Below, in pieces: positions 22,348 to 35,501 of a DNA stretch of 64,000 nucleotides. This DNA is from Patellaria atrata CBS 101060. Lineage: Eukaryota. Location of the stretch: the NCBI GenBank assembly GCA_010093705.1, contig MU006102.1, positions 66,123 to 130,122 on the forward strand, written 5' to 3'. Both the position numbers and the translations under genes were made by a program. The number at the start of each line of letters is the position of its first letter. Within the stretch, counting starts at the first letter, position 1. A model generated the notes under the pieces. It saw nothing but the letters and a program-made list of their open reading frames with translations. It was not told where the DNA came from and ran no database searches.

Positions 22348-25240
22348 TCAATTCTTGCCGAAGTGGATTCCTTCGAACTTAGCACAAGGGTCCGGTCCCC
22401 AAGTATACTGGCATCCTTCAAAGTCTTCGTCGTTCTTCAGCTGGGACTGAAAGTTAATAGCGTCGTAGATATTGCCCATACGAAACTCGACAACACGATC
22501 CTAGTGCGGTTAGTAGAGTTATAGGATGGACTGGGACGAATACATACACCATTGGGATTCTTCCCAGTAAGGACCTTATCGACAGGACGTGTGTTCATAC
22601 CATGACCCTTAGCTATCTTCATCAAAGCTTTGGCACCCCAATCGTCATCAATAGGCCATACGCGAAGGACACGAGTGACGCCGCTCTCAATGTAGAATTT
22701 GAGGTTTCCATGCATTGGATCAACGTCTTGTCCCTTGTCGACGTAGATCACACGCTGCTCCCCAGTAGCTTGCCCGACGACATTGGTAGTTTGACTAGGA
22801 GGTACTTTAATACCGTTCGCAGTCTGCTTGAAAAACTCATCACAGTGTTCAGACTTCATAAAAAATACGTTAGCAAACGTGTTGCCGGGTGTGAAGTCGA
22901 AACGCTCGACGGCACCGCCCCAGACCAGAGCCTGCACAAATTCAAGGTTCGCAGTGATTGGGATGTTTGTGAGTTTAACTCGGCGCGTAGTTAATGCTAG
23001 ATCTCAACGTTAGCCTCTGCATGAAATAAAATACTCGGAAAAGTAGTTGCTCACGCTCTTTCTCACGCTGTTGGCGGATGGGCCATTCATCAAATGTGAG
23101 TGTGTCCTCGTCGATCTTGACATTAGTCTTCTTGGCGGTATCTTCAGCTTTGGTATGCTTCTCCTCGAGCTTGACGTTTTCCTTATCAACTGCAGATTTA
23201 ACATTGGTAGGCTTGTCGTCAACCTTGAGGTCTTTGATTTTGTCCGTGACAGCGTTCAGCTGTGCCAAAAACTCCAACTGTTCATCAACCTCAGTTTTGA
23301 GCGCAGTGACTTCTGGACTCAGGTCATTCGGCGCACAGAGAACAGCTTCCCTGTACCTCCCGCCGTTGTTTTCGTTGCTTGCTTCTTCGATAGCCTGGTG
23401 CGATGGCAAGGTAGTAGCAGGGAACTTTCGAATCTGGTCTTCTTTGTAGTCAAGGCTAAGTAGGTCTAGCTTGGTCTTGTGGATACGCGCCTTGTTCTCC
23501 TTTTCAAGAGCATATTGGTGTTCCATTGCCTCATTCACTTGAGCTTGGTTCTCTTCTTCAAACTTGATTGCCTGTACAAGCTTCATCTGGTGAACCTCAA
23601 TAATGTTCTGGATGCCCTCTTGCATTTTCTTTGCCTCTGCAACCTGCTTGGTCCCAGATGCAAATTGTTCTTTGGCAGCATCCAGCTTTTCGGCGATGAT
23701 CTTTTCATCTTCAGAGTCCCTAAAGCTGATGGTACGTCTGCAAGATTCGACCTTGGAAAGAAGATCGCGGATTCCGTTTTCCATTTGCTTAACCTTGCGC
23801 GCTTGCTGCTCACGGTCCTCAGCCGCTTGACGTACCTCGTTCGCCTTCTGTTCAGCTGCTTCACGAGTCTCATTCGCCTTCTTTACAGCAAGTTTACGTT
23901 CTGCGTTCGCCTTTCGCTCGACCGCTTGACGTTCCAGATTGACCTTCTCTTCCACCGCTTGACGTTCCTTGATGCGCTCGTTCTCACGGCGTACAGCTGT
24001 CTCCATCTCTTCGCGGTGTAGGACAGCGTCTGAGTCCTCACGACGTACATCAACATCCTTCTCTGTACGATGAAAAGCCTCCTGATGATTCGTACGCTCT
24101 TGTCCTGTGTGTGCAGCGGCGTGTTCGGACGTATCTTGCACATCACCGTTTTGACTGCCATCTTGATCCAGCTCCTGTTGGAGGCGTTCCAGTTCTTCTT
24201 GTTCAGCTTGGATCCTGGCCAGGAGGGCTCGACGGTCGGCTTCTTTGCGTGTAATTGCTTCCCGACGAGCTTCCATACGAGCCTTCTTCTCGGCCTTACG
24301 CTCTGAAGCCTCGAGCTCCACTGCTTTATCCTTGAATGGATCTTCCACCTTGACATTGTGACCAACCTCACCACTCGGCTGTGCTTTGTTGGACTCGGCC
24401 AACTTGGAGATGCGATTATGGAAAGCAGTCCGACCATGGGGAATCCAAGCTTCAGAGTCGGCTTCGGATTCTTGTGGGGCATGTTTGCTACCGCTTAATC
24501 CTCGTTGGTGAACCTTTGCCTCAGGCTCATGCGTGGCATATTTACTAACACCCATTCCTCGTTGGAATACCTTAGCTTCGTCAACATCTGGCGAAATTTT
24601 GAGAGCGGATGATTTCGCCACAGTATTTGATAAGGGAGCAATAGGAAGAGTATTACCTCCGGTAGGGGACGAAGGAGTAGCTGTTCTAGTAACCATAGCA
24701 ACATTGCTGTTGGCCTGATTCACAGAGGAAAAGAGGGGAACAGTACTTCCGATTGACTTGATAGAGGAAGTGTCGTCAGACTTGACTTTGGTAATGGAGC
24801 TAGACCGATTCTGGTTCGGAGTCGCTGGTGTTGGAGACGCGGCATTCACCGGCCGAAGTTTTTGGTAGGAAGGTATATTCTCTCTGTTTGGCCCAACAAC
24901 ACGAACCTCGGAGGAGCCTCCCATCTTCGTGGGCGAGGCGCGAGAGGACAATGGTGACGGAGTCCCTGATGAATCAGAACTGATGAAGCTGATGGGACAT
25001 GATTTGCTTACGCAGAGTGTTGGTCTTAGATGCAACTTGATAGACAGCTTCCTTAAATGCCTTTTGCCGTTCTTCGGGAGACGGATTCCCTGGTGGAGAT
25101 GAAGCCTTTGACTTTAGAGAATCGCTAAGAGAGATAGTGCCTAAGGTAAAATTGGCACGTGTTAAGAATGTTTTAAGGTCTTCAGATATAGTGATTTGAG
25201 AAAGAGTGGAAGGGTTTTTCGGTTGTTTTGGTTTGTCCAT
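22348..25240 (-). CDS. Uncharacterised protein: low-complexity N-terminus, long coiled coil, C-terminal pair of degenerate RRM-like domains; exons 25240-25012, 24965-23055, 22996-22548, 22500-22348
   Basis: Three GT-AG introns join ORFs 24974-25273, 22975-25035 and 22437-22937 in frame. The C-terminus RRVKLTNIP...VWGGAVE...ANVFF...TRVLRV...VEFRMGNIYDA...WGPDPCA resembles fungal tandem RRM-like modules (domain call is inference). Confidence 0.8.
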
Positions 25241-26840
25241 TTGGCTGATCCTCAATACAGAAGACTCAGCCAATCTGGACGTGTCGGGGAATTATTAGAC
25301 TCACGGTGAGAGCTTGACAGAGTAAGGTATGATGTGAACTCTGAAGCTTCGGTTTGAGCTGACAATAGAGCAAGCGAGTTTGAGATGAAGGAGCGGCGAA
25401 GGTGCGAGTGATGTAGGTAGAAAGATCGAGAAGGAAAACAAATAAGTGGAGGAGGGCGCAAAGAGCCAAGAAATTTCGAAGCGAGACAGACTCGGAGGGT
25501 GCGAGTTAGGGAAAGTGCTGTAGGTAAATAAGTCCCATCGTGAGTGAGGAAGGTGCGCGAGAGGTTGAGGGGAAGTCATGCCCTGAAAGTAGCAGTCACC
25601 TCCCAGAGCCACTCTCCCTACCCAAAAAAAAAAAAATGAAATGAAAAAATCAATCGCTTACCCCTTTCATGAGAATCTTGGCCAGAGGATTTGGCCATTT
25701 GGAGACGTAAAGACGTTGGACTGGGTTTCAAGACCAGAGGAGTGAGGACTTGAATGAGATGAGATTTAGCGTAGATATGTGGATATTACCAACGAGGTCG
25801 CCAGCGACAAACGGAATGATAACATTGATCGTACGTTTCATCTGGATTCCATTAACTAAAACAAACGGAAAAGGAAGTGACATGGTGCCGTTGGACACCA
25901 CGACAGCAGGCCACCACCTTTCAGCCCCGAAAAGTCCCCCACAAAGAGCTCAATCTCGCATTCCGTCAACATCCATTCAGTAAGGTAGAACTGTACAGAC
26001 CAAATCATGAGAATTCTCGGTCTTTCTTGTACACTGCGCAGTAGGCTCAGAGAGAAATCTGATAGTGAGCATACAATAAGGTAGGTAAGGTAGGGTGGAA
26101 TATCATTACAGGTGAAGGTATATTGCAAAGGAGCAAGATGATCAACTATTTCAGACCCTTGTAATTGAATATTACCGTTATACCAAGAAACCAGTTGTTA
26201 AGAGAGACATTCTCAGAAAGAGCGTACAGGATTATCTGTAGATATATTCTTAAGCTGTCTTGCATTGAAAGAATAAGGTAATGTGAAGTTGGCTATCGGA
26301 GCGCCCTCTTTTTCTAGAGTCTGATTTTGAAGACAGTGGAATTAGATTATTTAAGAAAATACTCATCCTGATTCCACATATTGCCGTTCGCCTGTTCCCA
26401 TTCTGGTGTGTACCTTATAGGCAAACATCTCCTCACATAGGGGATGAACAAAGAATCCCAACCTAATGCGGCGCACCCAAGGCAGCGCAGCTGATAGATT
26501 GTTTCTCAGATAATTTTAGGTATTAAAAAGATTGTTTCAAAGCGTACGAATAGATTGAACAGCATTTCGAACTGATTCTTGATACTTGAAACTGTTCCTG
26601 AGGATATGTGTGATGAGGGTTAGGGATGAGGATGCGTTGAGAAATGCACCCGGGTAGCAACGTCACTCAGCCCTCCGGAGCTTCAGTCCAAACTCGCTGC
26701 TCCACCTTTGACCTTTCTCTCTTCCGAACACGAAGGCCACCAACACCCTCCAAATTTACCGTTTACTCCGGGTTTTCCTTTCCATTGATCAGTCGCTCCT
26801 TAAGCTCATCTTATCATCAAGCTACGCTTCACCCTCTCTC

Positions 26841-28969
26841 ATGATGTGGGATGAGGATAACAACCCTTATGGATCCTTTGATCGCCGCAATTCCAACAAC
26901 TCAGACATTGGTCATTTAGGCTCTCTCGGAGGTTCTACCCCTTCTATATGCTAGCCTCTTCTTAAGTATACGCAACTGACTTCTGGACCTCTATCCCAGT
27001 ATTCGGACGTCCATCTACCCCGCCATCCTCAAGCACTTCACCGGGCCACGAGTCCCCGGAGTTCATATCGCAACCCAGGGATTTCAGTGATGTGGATTAC
27101 GACGATGAAGAGCCGCGAGGTCGCCGTGTTGAGCCCAAGAAGGGTGGTTACTTCAATCGCATTGAGCAAATACTCTACGAGAATCCCGACATGCCCATAC
27201 TGATCACTTATGCTGGAAAGAATGCAGAGAGTGGCGGAGGCTACATTGCGTACACAATCAGGACAGGAGTAGGTTTGGAGGTTGAGATTGTGGAAGCATA
27301 TACTAAGGTCTTTCGATGTAGGATCTCGAAGTCAGACGCAGATATTCGGAATTCGCATCTTTGAGGCAGACACTCGTAAACCTTCACCCCACCCTAATTA
27401 TCCCCCCAATACCCGAGAAACACTCCATGGCCGACTATGCTGCGAAACCAACAAAAGCGAAAGAAGATGCGGGCATTATAGAGTTGAGAAAACGAATGCT
27501 CGCAGTCTTCTTGAATAGATGTCGGAAGATGAAGGAAGTATTTGACGACGGAGTCTGGTTGAGGTTCCTAGATCCTAACGCAAGCTGGGTAGGATACTTA
27601 GGGATTTGATATTTGAGGGTCATGCTAATACAGCGAATAGAGCGAGGTGCTACACTCCGATCCAGTTGCAGGCATCCCCAAAAACGTTCTCAAAGCCCCA
27701 CCACTTGATCCCGCACATCCTACCAAGGCTCATGAATACCTTCCCATACCCTCAGCATCAGCAAAACTCAAATCAGCCGGCGCTTCTTCTGCCAGCGGCA
27801 CTCCAACTTCCCCTCCCAGCAATTACGCTCAACCTTCGTCCGCCGCACACACGATCCCAGGTCCACAGGTCTTTGGGCGCTTTCCACCAGTTTCGCAGAA
27901 CCTATCCGAAGAGGAACTGGACCCATACTTCGTCAACTTTGAGACATCCTCAAGAGAACTGGAAACAGTCCTACAGGGTAGCATGGAGAAAGTGAATAGG
28001 CGGACCCTGAGCCACATATCTGCCTGGGCAGAGGACATGGCAGAGCTAGGAGCAAGATACAACGGGTTTTCATTATCCGAACAATCTCCATCACTAGCTG
28101 CCGCCATCGAGAAGATGGGTCAAGCTGCGGACCGAACATATATTGAGACTGCAGAGCTCTCCTCTGCTCTAAGTGCCTCATTTTCCGAACCCATGCGTGA
28201 ATCGGCGCAATTTGCGGGAGTCGTGCGAAATGTTCTTCGTTACCGGATTCTAAAACGTGTACAAGAGGAGATGACGAGAGACGAGCTGGAAAAGAAGCGA
28301 GCGTTGCTTGAATCGTTAGAACGAAGCGAGGGCGAAGCCAAGAGAATAGAAGAGTATCTATCTGGTTCTGGGGGTGGAGATCCTCCGCGTAGATCGACCA
28401 GCTCGGCGAGCAGAAGTTCGAGAAGAGGTGAAGACGACACGGCAAGCATAGACTCGGATTTCCCACCCACACATGATCCATCAAAACCTCCGCCTTCGGC
28501 TTCTCAAGGACTGCCTGATAGGACGGCGGAAACGACATCGCCTACACACAAGAAGAGTCCATCCGGGAATTTTGTAACGAATAAAATCTTTGGTAGGATC
28601 AATCACGCAATTCATGGTATCGTGGATGTAGACCCGGAGAGGACGAGACGGGATCAGATTAGCAAGACGAGAGAATCGCTAGAGCAACTAGAGCAGGCGC
28701 TCGAGGTGGCAGAAAAGGACGTGAAAGATGCAAGTAAAGGTGTTCTCAAAGATCTGAGGCGGTTCCAGGGAGAGAAGGAAGATGATCTCCGAAGGTATAT
28801 GGTAAGTCTTTGTACTCACAGGGTGCATACATTTGTAGTATGAGACTGATTGTTCACTTAGGTTGCATTCGCGAAATGCCACATCGAATGGGCAAAGAAA
28901 TGCCAGGCAGCATGGGAGGACGCGAAAAGCGAGGTGGAGAATATCCAGTTCAGGGAAGCGCAGCAGTAG
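26841..28969 (+). CDS. SNX41: Sorting nexin-41/Atg20 family (PX-BAR); exons 26841-26931, 27000-27268, 27322-27588, 27641-28801, 28862-28969
   Basis: MWDEDNNPYG start; PX domain YIAYTIRTG|DLEVRRRYSEF...LIIPPIPEKH; BAR-like helical region ELGARYNGFSLSE...DVDPERTRRDQI. Introns preserve frame; the first donor is uncertain. Confidence 0.9.
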
Positions 28970-29843
28970 TTGTCGTACTCTCTCCAACGTTCGGACGAGT
29001 GGAAGTAGAGACCCAAGACGCGTCCGACGTTTATGTACTTATGTATCTTAAGAGCAATACGATGTATACGCTTTGAAAGTTGTTCTAGCCGGTTACAATG
29101 GGTAGTACTGGCCCACTGTATCAGCCCGACAGATCGGAATAGATATGCTGTGTACAGAGTACATGATATGCGTGATCGTGAAGGTGCACGACCCGCTCTG
29201 TACGTCTCATATATCTATCCTGCTATCTTCTAGTACCTTATTGTTCATCTTACTATTCTCCTTGGGAATACGCACGTTTGACCCGCGGACGGCAGGACGT
29301 AGCGAAGGTCTATCGCACGACAGATTAATTCTAGAGGACGAAATATTCGCGGTTACGCTGAGGCACTTGAGTAAGGCTTCATCTCGCAAGCACCTTAGGG
29401 TGTCTTAACCATCAGTATAAAGAATGTTGGTGTCAGAACTCAGTATCCTGTTGTATGTTGAGGAAGATTAAATAAGCAGCAAGTCGGAGTATCAGGCAGG
29501 TGAAGTGTTTTGCTGATCAGACAAAAGCTGATTGGATGATGACGATGGTTGCGGCGGCGAAAATGCCATCAAGGTATTTTCTTCCACCAACAAAGGCCAG
29601 TCTTTCTTTCAACGTCAAAACTAAACTGTATTACCGTATTCATCCTGAATTCAATCACTTTAGTTCCCCTTTTACTTCTAATAATGAATCGTGGACAGCC
29701 TTAGAACTAGAACTTAGTCAAGGAGAAGTACGGTTCGGTTTGTGACGCTATCGAGATAGCCGTTTCTCCTACTATCCGGCTCCGGCCTGCATCTATTGTA
29801 TTTCTCGGCGGGCCGAAAGTTACCGCCTACGTACTTGGCCGAG

Positions 29844-31610
29844 ATGGTGCTCGATAATGATACCAGAGGATGGATAATGACCGCTTTGAGTGGCATAGGT
29901 ACGTAGATGGACATTCTTCAACATACCTCCCAACATGTATTCCTCGCTGTAACAATATTTTTGAAACGATATGTACCATGTCAATGGGTCAATATCATTT
30001 CCTCCAGTCCAACTAGCACATACTTCCTATGATCAGCCCCTTATGGTAACATATTGCTCACGAAATTATTGCAGCATGTACGCTGGGGGCTTCTGTGATA
30101 TGTGTCGATCTGATAGTTCGCCAATTTCCGGGCAAGAAAGACTTCAGGATACAAGATAGTAATGTCTTCCTTTCATCCTCGCTTAGCTTAAGTTTTGGGG
30201 TCATGGTAAAATCTCCCCTGTCTCGCATTATTGTGTTCAGCTGTTTCTAACACCGTCCAGCTCTTTTCTTCTTTGTATAAGATGCTTCCATCTGCGAAAA
30301 GATCATTGCAGAATGGTGGGTTTTCAGCAAAAGCAGCCTCATGGACCTTGATAGGTTGCTTTCTGGGTGGAGTTATTGGCATCCAGATTTTGTCACGGAT
30401 TCTGCATCATTACATCCCATCACACGTCGTGGACTGTGATCATTCCCACGACGAAGAAGATCAAACCGACCCGGCGGTCGATAAGAACGATCATCTGGAC
30501 CGCCAACCCATAGAAGAATCGCAACAGTTACAAAAAAGTTCAATATCTGATCTCCGAGCTCCTATCCAGTTTAATAGGACACAAACGGAACCACTACCAG
30601 AAAGCGAGTCCGTGACCATTGATCTAGATGGTAGGATAGGAACTGTGGATAGGAGGTCGTCCTTTAGCCTCAATCTTTCAAAAGCCGTGGGTGCAAAGCC
30701 GTTATGCGATTCACATGGACGATGTTACGGCTACTCTGATCCATGTGGGAAAGACTGCTTCAAACTCATTCAAGCTAGAGGTGGTATTAAACTTCCCCAT
30801 CGAAGCCATAATATAAGCCGCTCCTCATCTACTCAACACTCAGTTGCTACCCTTCCAAGGGAAACACAAACCTTACCCGATCTCAACGAAAACACACCGC
30901 TGATACACAGTCCGAATCTGAATGGATCTCGGCGTAGGACTCGCAGCCGAAGTTCCGTGACATCATCCGTGTGCTCCCATTCTCCGTCACACCCAAACAC
31001 CCACGATGCCGAAGATAGCGACCTCGAGTCAGACGCAGGCACACATCAACAGTCCTCACATCATCATCACGTCCCCACAAATGCCTTCCTATCCATCGGT
31101 CTACAGACCTCCCTCGCCATCGCCCTACACAAACTACCCGAAGGCTTCATAACATATGCAACAAACCACGCGAATCCACAGCTCGGCTTCAGCGTCTTCG
31201 TCGCCCTCTTTATCCATAACATTACAGAGGGTTTCGCTATGGCGCTCCCTTTATATCTCGCCCTAAACAGCCGGTGGAAAGCGATGTTCTGGAGTTCACT
31301 GCTAGGGGGAGTGAGCCAACCTCTAGGAGCTGCAGTTGCTGCTATCTGGTTCAAGGTTGCGGGGAGTGGTGAAGGCGAGGGCCCTAGTGAGGGTGTTTAT
31401 GGGGGGATGTTTGCTGTTGTCGGTGAGTTTCCTGAGTCCATTTGTTTCATGAGCAGTGTGAGCTGACTTCTGACAGCGGGTATCATGGCGTCTGTGGCGC
31501 TACAGCTCTTCTCTGAGAGTTTGGACCTAACGCATAGTCGGGATCTGTGCATGGCATTTGCATTCGTAGGTATGGGCATTTTGGGAATCAGCGCGGCTCT
31601 GACTGCATAA
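29844..31610 (+). CDS. ZRT3: ZIP family zinc/iron transporter, Zrt3-like; exons 29844-29898, 30075-30205, 30261-31422, 31477-31610
   Basis: TM4 AIALHKLPEG and TM5 LFIHNITEG metal motifs, His-rich loop (SHVVDCDHSH, SHHHH), SLSLSFGVM in the N-terminal TMs; three GT-AG introns. Confidence 0.88.
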
Positions 31611-32464
31611 AGGTGGAGGGCTGATGGAGCATTATTTTTTAAATGGGTATATTGATGCATTATTTTTGGCTCACAAGAGGAATGGTTAAGCGCATTAGGG
31701 ACATTAGGACTAATATCAATATAACTAGATGGATGTTAGGGAGATTGGAGGACGACGCTTGTGCCTGGAGAGCTGTGAGGAGTGCATTCACCGGAGTCAT
31801 ACGTCTAATATATTTTTCCTATCATAGTATTCTTCGCGTATTGTATACTCAAGCTCCAGTGGTCCTAACCACCGTATACAATTCAAGGGAGACATTAGAA
31901 TTTTGGATATCAGTTGAGTACCTTACTGAAGTACCTTTACCACTTCATTACCTCTTTGGGTCTGAGTTCGCCAAGCCTTGGAGCCTATTCTTGCTTCCAC
32001 TGCCTCGACTGACCGCACCATCCTCTTGAAATTTCTTGTCTTTAAAGGTGCAATGGTTCATGCCTTTGTGCAATCTTTTGTGTTCGCAACAGATGTCAGT
32101 TATTCATATACCACCTTACCCTACTTGTCTCCGTTTTGCTAGTGCGTGATGATGTGAGCAAAGGAAACTCCCCGCATTATTAGTTCTACACTGTGCCCAT
32201 CAGCAATTGAACTTATACGCGTTTCGTGGACAAACTGGAGATACGTTATGCGTGTCTTATTCAGAACAACCTTTGGACCAAGCACGATAGTTTTACCAAA
32301 CCGTCTTTGACTTGAAGCTCTAAGACGAACTATCCTCTGGTCTCTATCATGACCGCCATCCTTACCTTATTACCTACTTTGATATATTTATCGCTCTATG
32401 CGCTGATCCTAGATCACACATTAGTGTCCGAATACTACCTTAGCATACCCTCAGACGCGGGAAA

Positions 32465-34247
32465 ATGTTACCAGACTCTGAAATAGATGGCCTAGACGCC
32501 AAATTAGTCGCACTTAGACATGCCAGCAGTCAGCAACAGGATATATTGCAAGTAAGTAGACACCTGAAATACCTGCGGTTTTTGATTCTCATGAAACTAG
32601 GAATTCTTCCAGAAGTATGAAGAGTTAATGAAAGACTACCGTCAAGTACGCAGTGATCTAGAAGAGGAAAAGGAATCTCGGGAAAAATACAAGAGGTTGG
32701 CCAAAGGATCGGTCGGTTAATATGCTTTCTATATCCAGTATGCAGCGTATCGCTTACCTATTACCAGGAACGGAACCCATTCGTGTTGGTCTTAGTCGAT
32801 GGTGATGGTTACGTCGTAAGTATACTCCAACCTCGAGATAACCCTAAGGACAATATCTCATCAATGCTGCCTAGTTCAATGATCATCTCATTCTCGCTGG
32901 CCCCGAAGGCGGGATTAATGCCGGCCAGCTCCTAAACGCCGCCGTGCGGGATTCCTTAGCAAGACTTGATGTAGATGCTAACGAATGTCGGATTATGGTT
33001 CGTGTCTATGCGAACCTAAGCGGTCTCTCTCGGACGCTTGCGAAGCGGAAACTCATACCCACCGACAAGAGATCACTTGCTCCGTTCGTTGCTGGGTTCA
33101 ATCGTTCCCAGGACTTCTTCGACTTCGTGGATGCGGATGAGAAGAAAGAGGGTGCTGACTTCAAAATCAGAGGTGAGTCTACCCATCCGTCTACCCTTCT
33201 GGAAATACATCATTAATAACTTGAGTAGAATTATTCAAGCTCTTCGCCGATAACAGTCAATGCAAACACATTTTTTTTGCAGGCTGCCACGATGTCGGCT
33301 TCTTGTCACTGCTTACGCCTTTCCGTAACAGGATTGACAAAGTTACACTTATCCAAGGGCCTTACTTTAGCCCTGAATTCATATCACTTAATCTTAGGAT
33401 CGAGCAGTATCCTACGGTTTTTAGGCAAACCAGACTGGATGATGGGCCTCAGTTCCCTATTGCGACCCCGTCACAGTCAACCATCGTTACGAATGGGAAT
33501 CCCTTTGGACAAATTTCCGCGGCTCCTGTTCAGCGGCGTAACGGAGACCCTACTACTCCATCAGCTGGGCTCTCAGGTCCTCCCTCGGAGAGAGAGGGAT
33601 TAATACCTGTTAACAAGGATGGTCATCGCCTCGATACTTTCCTTCCTCCTGCATCCAAAAACGGACGTGATACTTACTACGCCCGTACTCGACGCCAAAA
33701 GCCGTGTTACGACCGCGTCGTTGCCGGTAAATGCGCTGTTTCCGGTTGCAAGTTGGATCATAACTCTGTAGGCCGGGATGTTATTCTATTTATGAAACAT
33801 ATCCGGCGGGAAAAGGTTTGCCCGTTCTACGGGAACTGCAGGAGCCCTTCCTGTGGTTTTGCCCATGTATGTCCTAACGCGGGGAAGTGTACCGACTGTC
33901 GTTGGGGTCAACAGTGGAAGAATATCCATAAGATCGACAAGAAGGTTGTAAGATGGGTACCGATTACCAAGGCTGGCACGGATGGGGAGAGTTGCCTTCT
34001 TTCGGGGAGCGGGCAGAAGACCACCGTCCCCGGGAATGGACAGAGCAGTACCGTAGCAGGAAATGGACGGAAGAGCAGCGTTTCCGGGAATGGACCAAGC
34101 AGTACCGCTCCCAGGAATGGACAAAGTAGCGCTGTTCCTAGGAGTGGCGCATCTGGTAGTACTCCTCCCGGAAGCATCGCCAACGGGGAGGCTGGAGAGA
34201 CATTGAGGGCGTCTCTCACCAGTCCTTCTGGAGGCGCCCTCATCTAG
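32465..34247 (+). CDS. Fungal CCCH zinc-finger protein with N-terminal coiled coil and PIN/NYN-like domain; exons 32465-32551, 32601-32711, 32768-32815, 32875-33172, 33229-34247
   Basis: Spliced product RNPFVLVLVDGDGYV|FND...IMVRVYANL...FDFVDA...KEGADFKIR|ELF...CKHIFFAGCHDVGF, then CYDRVVAGKCAVSGCKLDH and CPFYGNCRSPSCGFAH. All four introns are GT-AG and in frame. Confidence 0.87.
34011..34145 (+). repeat. Degenerate 27-bp (9-aa) coding tandem repeat x5: GQKTTVPGN/GQSSTVAGN/GRKSSVSGN/GPSSTAPRN/GQSSAVPRS
   Basis: Period-9 pattern in the translation and recurring GGAATGGAC-like junctions in the DNA. Confidence 0.85.
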
Positions 34248-34806
34248 GTCACTGGGTTCCCCGCCTCTGGCGTGCTTGTAGATAAGGCGCCAGAGGTGGA
34301 CAGGTTACGGGTCAAGGCCTGAAATTAAATCGTGGCTATTGTATGGAGTTCCCCTCCATTGCTGGGTACAGATACAGGTACGCCCACCTACCGTTGGTAC
34401 GTCACAGTGGGCGTAGGGGAGTTTGAGGGCACAACTGTAATAGGGTAAGCTTCTAAATAGCAATCATATCAAGACCCAACGGTAATTGTACAGCCCCTGA
34501 GCAATGCACATGCATTTTCCCTCTTGCAAACTCTCGTAATACCATTCCGCGCAGGTGATCCAATGCATCAAATGCAAAAAGATTTACGACCAGTTCTCAT
34601 ACGCATTTCTTATACTGTACTGCTCAAGTAAGATAAAATTCACATACCGCGCCCTCGCTACCGTACTTCCAAGCTCTAAAGTCTTCTCCTTTGTCTCCTT
34701 TTCCACCGACCACGCTCTCCCATCCCACCCCTAACCCCACACGCATAACCGACCCACAAATATGAGTCGTACAGTATACTACAGAACAGTGCAAGTAATA
34801 CCAACT

Positions 34807-34843
34807 TCTCTCTCTCTCACTCTCACATACACACACACACACA
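34807..34843. repeat. Compound (CT)n/(CA)n microsatellite
   Basis: ctctctctcactctcacatacacacacacacacac read directly. Confidence 0.85.
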
Positions 34844-35501
34844 CCCCGGGTATATTTATTTCGGTACAGTAAGATCACATCGTTATTATCATTTACTCGA
34901 GTGACTTCAGACGGTTTGACCTCGAGAGTGGTCAGAAGAGATATGGAGGGGTCGGTTAGGGCGTGTATGTTGGAGAATGTACGGCCTGCAGCTTTTCTAT
35001 TTCTTTGTTATGTTTTGAATTTATTTTTTTTTATTTTTATTTTTGCTGGGGGGGGGGGGGGGGGTGTTGAGGGTTTGGCTTGATGGTTGAGGTTTTGTGC
35101 GAATATGGAAGGGTGGTGCGGGAAGGGGAAGGGGGAAATGGGAAAGGGGAAAGAGGAAATTAGGAGAGAATGTGGGGAGAGAATATAAGAAGGGAATAGA
35201 GGGAAGGGTATATAGATACCCAGGACGTGAGTGTGCAAGCAATGATGGTTAGGTGAAACTAATACCGCGGGACTGACAAGTTGGCAAGTCTCAACAGCGA
35301 CCAATTGCAAGCTCGGGCGTATGGACGATAGCAGAGACGAGAACTATGGTACAGTATAATACCAACAAATCAGATTTTCTAAGAAACAAGTGAAACAGTC
35401 AAAAATGCAATCTATTTTCCTTACAAACAGCTTTCGCGGATCCTATTCCACTTTGTCTCTTCATCATCTCTTAAAACACCGTTCACCAACCCATCGCTAA
35501 G

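Noticed and set aside
32146..32152. GTGATGA box C-like word (another near 22175)
   Set aside because: No box D at a suitable distance with a terminal stem or recognisable rRNA guide.
32839..32847. TAACCCTAA, a perfect Neurospora-type telomerase template
   Set aside because: Lies inside a 59-bp intron of a protein-coding gene; most likely chance.
35021..35065. T-rich tract and long G homopolymer
   Set aside because: Simple low-complexity sequence with no element boundaries or target-site duplication.
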